DNA of 64,000 nt, taken from Phoronis australis (Eukaryota > Animalia > Phoronida). The notes beneath the pieces are model-generated. The model ran no database searches. It saw only the letters and a program-made list of their open reading frames with translations, and was not told the DNA's origin. This document shows positions 61,301 through 64,000 of the stretch, piece by piece. A program made the position numbers and the translations under genes. The DNA lies in contig NMRA01000106.1 in the NCBI GenBank assembly GCA_002633005.1, positions 787,655 through 851,654 on the forward strand. The letters are read 5' to 3'. How positions within the stretch are numbered: position 1 is the stretch's first letter; each line of letters begins with the position of its first letter.

Positions 61301-63681
61301 GGTGAGTTGCCTAACATGTATTTGAAGGCAATCAATGCCCAGTTTTGCCCATCATCTCATTCTTGTTTCCCAGTTGTCATTTCTTACATTGATATTTGTT
61401 ACACATTTCAACAATTCCTCGATTCATTGTCCTGCTCCACAAATGAAATCTATAGATTTTGTATTTTCCAGTCTCTCTTGCTTTACAAAATGAGCTTTTT
61501 TTCTTAACACTTTCCAGGTGAAATAAATCTGAAAACCCTGGGCTGAGGCCTTGATACTATGGTGACAAATTTGTAACTGGTGAAACTCCAGTATCATGGT
61601 CTTAAGGTTGGGAAACTTACGTCAAATTGAATTGAGCGCGTGCGACCTCCCTTAGATTTCTATGTTAATTCCATTTTCTATTCCTAGGTTTTTCACCCTA
61701 CATTTCACTCCCATCCTCCGATAGTTAAAGAAAAACAGAACATTTTTGTGCGTGGCCAAATAGTTAAGTGCCTCTGTAAAGTAGAACATTTCTTTATTCA
61801 CTACTTGCACTTTTGGTGGCGCTGCAAAAAATGGTTGTTGTGCATTGTTATTTAGGACGCGATGCCTCTTAAGCATCAGTTTTAACAACACAAACATGAA
61901 AGTGCACATGCACTAAACGTGGAGATCCATTGCAGATTAAACACAATGCCTCGTTTTCAAGTGTAATGACAAAGTTGTGCAAGTAGCCAATACCCGTCAA
62001 AATAATGTTTTGTGATTGGTTTATTTTCTTCAGTCTGTGTTACGAGAGGAAATTAAAGAGAAATTCAAGTATGAAGTGGATCGTTCATCGCCTAGCAACA
62101 AGATACGAGAGTTCATGGATTGGTCGCGGGACATTATGAAGGACATTAAGATACAAAAGAAAATTTTATCGTATCGTCTTGCAAAATTCTTTGTCAGGCA
62201 GTGGTAAGTATTATCCTAATCTAGAAGTCCACTTTTATTTAAGGAAATTTTGAGATGCACTTATTAAGTCTTTTGTACTTTTTGTCAAGTAGTGACATGT
62301 TATACACATCAACTTCTTTATCTTAAGTATCTCTCACAACAGCTCAAACCAAGTAAACCTTCTTTGTGATGCAGTAAAAAGACTGAATATCAGATATCTT
62401 TAGTGTGATTGGCTACTCTCATCTTACAATGCAATAAACATAAAACTTGTCAGCAGCATTTCGTGTGAGAGTAAAGTGGGTTCTTACATCCAAAATTATT
62501 TATTTCATGACTCACAACAATCTAAAATGTGCATTCTTGGAGAGTTTCAAATCAGTTCCTAAATCTAAAAACTTATTTCACATCCACGCCTGTCAAAAAA
62601 TGCTGTTTAACAGGTCATGAAAAACCTTCATCTCCTCTAGAATATCGTCATACAGGGATTGTGGGTGTCAAAGTTTGCTGTCAATCATTTGAGAGTTGTT
62701 GTTTTCATGAAAGTTATGTTATTGTGTGGCGGGACATGCTGTCGCTTCTTAGCCTGAGTCACTATTCGTATTCTGTTTTCCGTTTTGACGTCTACTTTAA
62801 GCTATTTGTTCGCTAGTCATTGATAGACAAATGCCCATGTAGGTTCTCTGGAAACCATGTGGCTTACGTCACTCTATTATCAGAGTTTGTGAAGTGTGGC
62901 TGTATCATTGATAACAATATATAGTCTTATTATTTACTGATGGCTCATGTACCTGTGACAGTTTCAATGTGGGTTGTTGGCATGATGTCAGTATTGTACC
63001 GTTTAACAATTATGACACATGCATGGAAGAATCGAGCAACTTACTTTGAAGAAATTACAGTCTTTTGATTGAAGGACAGTGTTTGTTGACATTTTAAGAT
63101 CGATCATAAAAGACGTCCACTTCCTGTGTATTTCAGGTATATGTTTAACTTCCTGATGATCCTTCTCAGCATCGTCATTGCCATCACGATCGTCGCTGGA
63201 GTTCGGCAACCTGTCTACAATAATGGAACTATTAACTATGAAGTGTGAGTGGAAACCAGTTGAGCAGAAATTGTCTAAAACTCATTGTCTTACTTACTTA
63301 CATTTCATTAATTAAAAAATTTCATTTTTCGCAAAAATATCTTAAGTTAAGTATTCAGTTTTGCTTATGCAAAAGTTGAGTACAGCAAGATTTTTGTAAA
63401 AGTTTCACTTCTGTGTCTTTCGATGATTATGGTTGGCTACCTGAAATACTTGACAACGAATTTAAACAACTTGATTACATGATGCTGACGTGTATTGCTT
63501 AAATTTACCTTTTATCTGTTTTTAGTGCCACAGCACCTGTTTTTGCATGGACAGATCTACCCATCTTGCAGTACTGTTTGTTTGGACTGCACAATCTTCT
63601 GTCCTTCTTCATTCTGATTGGCTACTTCTTGTCCAATACGCCGAGCCCACCTAACTTTAAGGCCATCGGTGAATGGTTCAG
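9092..63681 (+). CDS. ITPR: Inositol 1,4,5-trisphosphate receptor-like Ca2+ release channel (divergent ITPR), multi-exon, 3' end beyond window
   Basis: 55 GT-AG-bounded exons join in frame (~6,840 nt, ~2,280 aa). Domain order matches IP3R: suppressor domain (LCVGDYVCLYSE; VLYGQIIQLRH), MIR repeats (IRLFHKE, RIKHMITRKYL, RIEHAVTGLWL), RIH (RQKLLR, RKNELYIAK, YLDLLTVLC), second RIH (LVDLLATCAEGEN), RIH-associated (LMCDGQNKQLQDYLREQ, LVEFTSGNPQNQ), SIEI..KIYF, then TM1 and TM2. In-frame TGA at 9050 lies upstream of the ATG. Confidence 0.93.
10634..10704 (+). CDS. ITPR: ITPR-like exon 2
   Basis: SIFNEVAVGSRQARDKPELPDVQ; AG/GTAAGT, phases 2-1. Confidence 0.8.
12287..12411 (+). CDS. ITPR: ITPR-like exon 3
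   Basis: VTFKVCIANRYKLNKKLRK...SQAS; phases 1-0. Confidence 0.85.
13157..13332. repeat. (TAT)n microsatellite, ~175 bp, imperfect
   Basis: Long ATT/TAT run with TAC, AAT and CAT variants. Confidence 0.95.
13745..13858. repeat. 114-bp near-perfect palindrome with no spacer
   Basis: Centre ...TCCAATCCAAC|GTTGGATTGGA...; arms pair out to AGCAC/GTGCT. Confidence 0.9.
13951..14228. mobile_element. Tc1/mariner-type MITE (family copy 2), left TIR tandemly duplicated
   Basis: TACAGTGCAAGACTAAAGTAATCAA twice at the left end; right end GAATACTTTTGGCTTGTATTGTA similar to 1995-2016. Confidence 0.55.
15014..15250. mobile_element. MITE with 17-bp perfect inverted repeats; inverted relative at ~10920-11145
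   Basis: TAAAATCTCGCCAATTT / AAATTGGCGAGATTTTA; internal ATATGGCCGAC also occurs reversed (GTCGGCCATAT) near 11110. Confidence 0.6.
16917..17081 (+). CDS. ITPR: ITPR-like exon 4
   Basis: IGANAENEDNVVEQKRQKGKKVLYGQIIQLRHMFTKKYIHV...NMK. Confidence 0.9.
19225..19305 (+). CDS. ITPR: ITPR-like exon 5
   Basis: VEMLPFNAKQAQFRIMPRYKVKSEGDV. Confidence 0.9.
19460..19950 (+). mobile_element. ~500-bp old non-autonomous DNA transposon family copy (Kolobok-like)
   Basis: Shares CATCACATCTCAGAA, AAAATGTTCCA, CATGGTCAC and TTTCAGAAAATATA blocks with the copies at 26600, 28402, 46290 and 59120. Confidence 0.55.
20430..20533 (+). CDS. ITPR: ITPR-like exon 6
   Basis: VQVDDQIVLESVKSPGQFLHVS... Confidence 0.88.
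21227..21314 (+). CDS. ITPR: ITPR-like exon 7
   Basis: LELNLSVRQSGFTIYRHYHPLPEDKIRLN. Confidence 0.85.
21747..21834 (+). CDS. ITPR: ITPR-like exon 8 (MIR)
   Basis: AGVPIRLFHKEIEAYLVAEGLFNEKITED. Confidence 0.9.
22321..22428 (+). CDS. ITPR: ITPR-like exon 9
   Basis: HFRVRVVDQANPKTLFPSTSAITYWQLELEEGVVD. Confidence 0.88.
23226..23371 (+). CDS. ITPR: ITPR-like exon 10 (MIR)
   Basis: SVIRWEQQCRIKHMITRKYL...FKLHSVIK. Confidence 0.9.
23724..23802 (+). CDS. ITPR: ITPR-like exon 11 (MIR)
   Basis: EKDIIEYDTYCRIEHAVTGLWLHADN. Confidence 0.9.
24261..24475 (+). CDS. ITPR: ITPR-like exon 12
   Basis: EYVRQQMQ...YDDAFTLQQV...LQKLIED. Confidence 0.88.
24937..24987 (+). CDS. ITPR: ITPR-like exon 13
   Basis: KKSDFQLNAKHCHDIVS. 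Confidence 0.75.
25415..25495 (+). CDS. ITPR: ITPR-like exon 14
   Basis: TLSELKNFMIVQGEPSKNRQKLLRNLR. Confidence 0.9.
25847..26032 (+). CDS. ITPR: ITPR-like exon 15
   Basis: IVELLVQLL...GDSRKNELYIAKHIPFFQAQIEYA. Confidence 0.9.
26456..26578 (+). CDS. ITPR: ITPR-like exon 16
   Basis: GAVGVNAAHMVMELIKDNRKIVDRITHSHIDSFVKLL. Confidence 0.9.
26600..27115 (+). mobile_element. ~500-bp Kolobok-like family copy
   Basis: Starts TTAAGGTAAT; same internal blocks as 19460-19950. Confidence 0.55.
27337..27441 (+). CDS. ITPR: ITPR-like exon 17
   Basis: NYRYLDLLTVLCVCDGVSIPDNQTYITKKWL. Confidence 0.9.
27518..27822 (+). mobile_element. Penelope-like retroelement 3' fragment with inverted partial pLTR
   Basis: ~60-70-bp inverted arms (27518-27588 and 27763-27822), GIY-YIG C-terminal-like peptide LNR/GLDLPAVYSDLL (27619-27668), hammerhead-like CTGATGA...GTCCGT-GAGAA-ACGGAC-GAAA. 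Confidence 0.6.
28198..28350 (+). CDS. ITPR: ITPR-like exon 18
   Basis: SAVFYTDLGQK...HWVALHDFAQE. Confidence 0.85.
28402..28900 (-). mobile_element. Kolobok-like non-autonomous transposon with TTAA TSD
   Basis: TTAA|GGGTATGGA ... TTCATAACC|TTAA; reverse-orientation copy of the ~500-bp family. Confidence 0.6.
28995..29290. repeat. ~33-bp minisatellite, 4 units, interrupted by a MITE
   Basis: Unit TTGGCACAATCTAGCCTTGCTATTATTTAGTAC. Confidence 0.8.
29026..29189. mobile_element. MITE with AATTGACCTAT TIRs (copy 1)
   Basis: AATTGACCTATCG ... CAATAGGTCAATT; inverted relative at 47275-47455. Confidence 0.75.
30934..30967. repeat. (CA)n microsatellite
   Basis: CA run with one CG interruption. 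Confidence 0.9.
31163..31234 (+). CDS. ITPR: ITPR-like exon 19
   Basis: KAGKEDEEFMFLTHQLDLFQKLCY. Confidence 0.88.
31682..31814 (+). CDS. ITPR: ITPR-like exon 20
   Basis: GRNNYAIDVI...LPDELRAKYCSLII. Confidence 0.9.
31811..31946 (+). repeat. 41-bp degenerate tandem repeat containing the exon 20 donor
   Basis: TGGTGAGT recurs four times at 41-bp spacing. Confidence 0.75.
32211..32469. repeat. 32-bp minisatellite, ~8 copies
   Basis: Unit ATTGTAGTGTTATGTTACCAGTGTGATGTCAT, head-to-tail. Confidence 0.95.
32481..32605 (+). CDS. ITPR: ITPR-like exon 21
   Basis: MFVDVGVNTSILDHINLTYIYEDI...EADQ. Confidence 0.88.
32986..33111 (+). CDS. ITPR: ITPR-like exon 22
   Basis: QTPRSSETMAYFPQLSDWIAGFL...HNMLVEQ. 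Confidence 0.88.
33426..33561 (+). CDS. ITPR: ITPR-like exon 23
   Basis: VLRLVHYLVKYGYY...LLSLLDGRND. Confidence 0.9.
33778..33926 (+). CDS. ITPR: ITPR-like exon 24
   Basis: PEFQQVL...IVDAKHQAMEVLDLFLNFRFNTRLE. Confidence 0.9.
34457..34566 (+). CDS. ITPR: ITPR-like exon 25
   Basis: RFVSMFKEVHHQAQ...YELDTIP. Confidence 0.85.
35028..35115 (+). CDS. ITPR: ITPR-like exon 26
   Basis: ADKAALRTLTDIFEESNYFKGLALEDILV. Confidence 0.85.
35574..35681 (+). CDS. ITPR: ITPR-like exon 27
   Basis: DLSQYQYNKMITQSMALLNRFYSAHDNLFKRAVQAQ. Confidence 0.9.
36362..36498 (+). CDS. ITPR: ITPR-like exon 28
   Basis: VLVTDTSCAVLGELRRMLPNLRRL...ILDKMN. Confidence 0.88.
36780..36903 (+). CDS. ITPR: ITPR-like exon 29
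   Basis: FCCLADEPQEPHPMGQSILYNHEILSDIFDII. Confidence 0.88.
37256..37417 (+). CDS. ITPR: ITPR-like exon 30
   Basis: DQYRGVQMIFQKCFQLLQVMARGNEVVQQRLF...AITE. Confidence 0.9.
38010..38248 (+). CDS. ITPR: ITPR-like exon 31
   Basis: VFTGNKTTCLKI...FLDLLNAVVK...LKRNQGYVM. Confidence 0.9.
38822..38903 (+). CDS. ITPR: ITPR-like exon 32
   Basis: KKLLVDGDRKELVYLISLVDLLATCAE. Confidence 0.9.
39497..39684 (+). CDS. ITPR: ITPR-like exon 33
   Basis: GENRFIESICQTIF...KRPYLRFFLWVYLNT. Confidence 0.9.
40339..40452 (+). CDS. ITPR: ITPR-like exon 34
   Basis: RVWQYINGLNANISALNGYCKNEPEKVKHMLKKAPSK. Confidence 0.85.
41186..41257 (+). CDS. Candidate alternative cassette exon of ITPR-like gene (72 nt)
   Basis: TTTCTCTCAG acceptor, GTAAGT donor, phase 2-2, open frame DNGKASKRLESKFKLPPINGATS. 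Confidence 0.45.
42540..42670 (-). mobile_element. Degenerate tRNA-derived SINE fragment
   Basis: Minus strand TAAAGCATCGCACCGTCACCACTGAGGTCACGAATTCGATTCC with B-box-like TTCGATTCC. Confidence 0.35.
43216..43387. repeat. 172-bp imperfect palindrome
   Basis: Arms ATTTCATTGAAGACACGACTTTGATCTG...CTCTCTAAATA and TATTTAGAGAG...CAGATCAAAGTCTTGTCTTCAATGAAAT. Confidence 0.9.
44352..44430 (+). CDS. ITPR: ITPR-like exon 35
   Basis: EQTDADEHIYHASLHYMFEAVLPFLQ; bridges phase 2 to phase 0. Confidence 0.85.
44857..44943 (+). CDS. ITPR: ITPR-like exon 36
   Basis: VFFRGYYSPDRVNFPGEADHVDKLANTLV. Confidence 0.85.
45653..45757 (+). CDS. ITPR: ITPR-like exon 37
   Basis: AFSDVIGPLVSSSTHMKVMIACMNSVLSASTLPVK. 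Confidence 0.82.
46290..46760 (+). mobile_element. ~500-bp Kolobok-like family copy
   Basis: CGTCATATCTCTGAA, ACTTTCAGATA, CATGGTCACGT and TTTCAGAAAATA blocks. Confidence 0.5.
47275..47455. mobile_element. MITE with AATYGACCTAT TIRs (copy 2, inverted)
   Basis: GGCAACGTGTTGTTTGTTGGGTAAAATGGC is the reverse complement of 29096-29125. Confidence 0.75.
47944..48015 (+). CDS. ITPR: ITPR-like exon 38
   Basis: VMEQFQEKYGGQEVVQDIKSDARR. Confidence 0.82.
48297..48433. repeat. 71-bp tandem duplication
   Basis: ATTGAAT..CTGCA.GGATGGCA.GTCACTGTG.GCAATGTTTTGTGTGCTGGAAATTTGTATTTT twice. Confidence 0.85.
48778..48865 (+). mobile_element. tRNA-derived SINE head
   Basis: A box TAGCTCAGCGG, B box GGTTCAATTCC, TAGAC/GTCTA anticodon-like stem; acceptor stem does not pair cleanly. 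Confidence 0.55.
49854..49983 (+). CDS. ITPR: ITPR-like exon 39
   Basis: KYEREYAGEEELNAQLNVFAVNFSMAYGGQNTV. Confidence 0.85.
50279..50414 (+). CDS. ITPR: ITPR-like exon 40
   Basis: YTEIGGDDELPLGEEFQRFVAMF...LVEQL. Confidence 0.85.
50550..50822. mobile_element. Tc1/mariner-type MITE (family copy 3, decayed)
   Basis: TGAATTCAGCTTCTATCCAGCCATCACGAC...GAATACTTTTGGCATGTACTGTA, similar to 1940-2016 and 14155-14230. Confidence 0.5.
51125..51243. repeat. Short inverted-repeat element (MITE-like)
   Basis: ACGGTAAAATCTC...GAGATTTTACCGT. Confidence 0.55.
51795..51947 (+). CDS. ITPR: ITPR-like exon 41
   Basis: ISASHT...LDVKCLQLLRALIHNEIVKLPEDW. Confidence 0.88.
52491..52745 (+). CDS. ITPR: ITPR-like exon 42
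   Basis: QLQKIEAVQ...MLFGGNYGVQQS...EKFFVAVKNRM. Confidence 0.9.
53712..53811 (+). CDS. ITPR: ITPR-like exon 43
   Basis: RALMAQHQAKIEEALAQHKALAKAMQAGNAAAA. Confidence 0.82.
54191..54295 (+). CDS. ITPR: ITPR-like exon 44
   Basis: EIMAANKLAGQLGSTIMDMKRSKSSLGAAPSKKPK. Confidence 0.8.
54815..55063 (+). CDS. ITPR: ITPR-like exon 45 (Ser/Gly-rich linker)
   Basis: KNLKSRYGSNARLGSQKSLNSS...IKVDSPE; alternative donor possible at 55048. Confidence 0.78.
55775..55866. repeat. ~45-bp tandem duplication
   Basis: AGATTTTTAAGG.YTACTACATATGTATGGATAATTCTTGACTC twice. Confidence 0.85.
56205..56351 (+). CDS. ITPR: ITPR-like exon 46 (RIH-associated)
   Basis: VIEEDDM...IELVLRVLGLMCDGQNKQLQ. Confidence 0.9.
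56964..57113 (+). CDS. ITPR: ITPR-like exon 47
   Basis: DYLREQPDNIKSFNLV...QIFDTLVEFTS. Confidence 0.9.
57493..57594 (+). CDS. ITPR: ITPR-like exon 48
   Basis: GNPQNQSVVFDNKVCDYINHILR. Confidence 0.9.
57958..58050 (+). CDS. ITPR: ITPR-like exon 49
   Basis: ILTLKSSIVTLIKSMIEENIPQANKKTTLAT. Confidence 0.87.
58238..58306 (+). CDS. ITPR: ITPR-like exon 50
   Basis: EVVESLDASSLHEIMIECFRSSQ. Confidence 0.82.
59120..59615 (-). mobile_element. ~500-bp Kolobok-like family copy (reverse)
   Basis: Colinear with 28402-28900 (GCAAAAAGAAAGGTTCA, TTTCATGCAACTTTT, AAAGTGGAACA, TTTTGTAGGGT...AACCTT). Confidence 0.6.
60868..60976 (+). CDS. ITPR: ITPR-like exon 51
   Basis: SRTLDEDLKELTTTVGFKYYHVLVRMIDL. Confidence 0.87.
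61183..61301 (+). CDS. ITPR: ITPR-like exon 52
   Basis: LVKTEFHHDAWLYYEQGTLSIEILKHDVLNKIYFRVKDK. Confidence 0.9.
62034..62203 (+). CDS. ITPR: ITPR-like exon 53
   Basis: SVLREEIKEKFKYEVDRSSPSNKIREFMDW. Confidence 0.9.
63137..63244 (+). CDS. ITPR: ITPR-like exon 54 (TM1)
   Basis: YMFNFLMILLSIVIAITIVAGV hydrophobic helix. Confidence 0.87.
63526..63681 (+). CDS. ITPR: ITPR-like exon 55 (TM2), probable GC donor
   Basis: LPILQYCLFGLHNLLSFFILIGYFLSN; ends AG|GCAAGT. Confidence 0.8.
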
Positions 63682-64000
63682 GCAAGTACTCGGATACCAT
63701 TGGTGGAAATGAGATTTGCTGAAATTTCCTCTTTTTCTTCTTCAGTCTTAGATCTTTATTGAGATTGGGTGTCTTCATGGTGATTGGTCATAAGAGTTTT
63801 AGGTCAAAGGTCAAGATTGCTTAGCTTCTTGGTTGGAATTGTGGGAAATTTTGTGCTCTACAATGGATATGATGTGCCACGTCGAGTGCAGAACATAAAT
63901 TGTACGAGCCATTTTCACTGAATGCGTAATCAATCGAAACTTTGAAAACATTAACCCATTTCCTTTCGTTGATTATAGAAACTGCATGATTTAATGTGTT

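Noticed and set aside
9092-63681. Ryanodine receptor assignment
   Set aside because: No SPRY or RyR-repeat domains follow the N-terminal domains, and TM1 is reached at about residue 2,190, which fits IP3R rather than the ~5,000-aa RyR.

Overview
AT-rich, intron-rich animal genomic DNA, probably from a marine invertebrate (inferred from repeat types and gene structure; the taxon cannot be fixed from the sequence). It holds two + strand protein-coding genes. (1) The last two exons and 3' UTR of PCF11 (1-~2940). (2) A very large, divergent inositol 1,4,5-trisphosphate receptor (ITPR)-like Ca2+ channel gene starting at ATG 9092 and running off the window end. I traced 55 coding exons by hand with consistent splice phases, about 2,280 aa from the suppressor domain through TM1-TM2, plus two candidate cassette exons. 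The intergenic region carries a 2.4-kb decayed hAT transposon with an apparent 5-bp TSD and a MITE nested in a tRNA-derived SINE. Introns carry several MITE families, a Penelope-like fragment with a degenerate hammerhead ribozyme, two tailed palindromes flanked by direct repeats, minisatellites and microsatellites. The most notable signal is that the ITPR-like protein has a partly rewritten IP3 pocket and Ca2+ site. No prokaryotic-type system (CRISPR, operon) is present.
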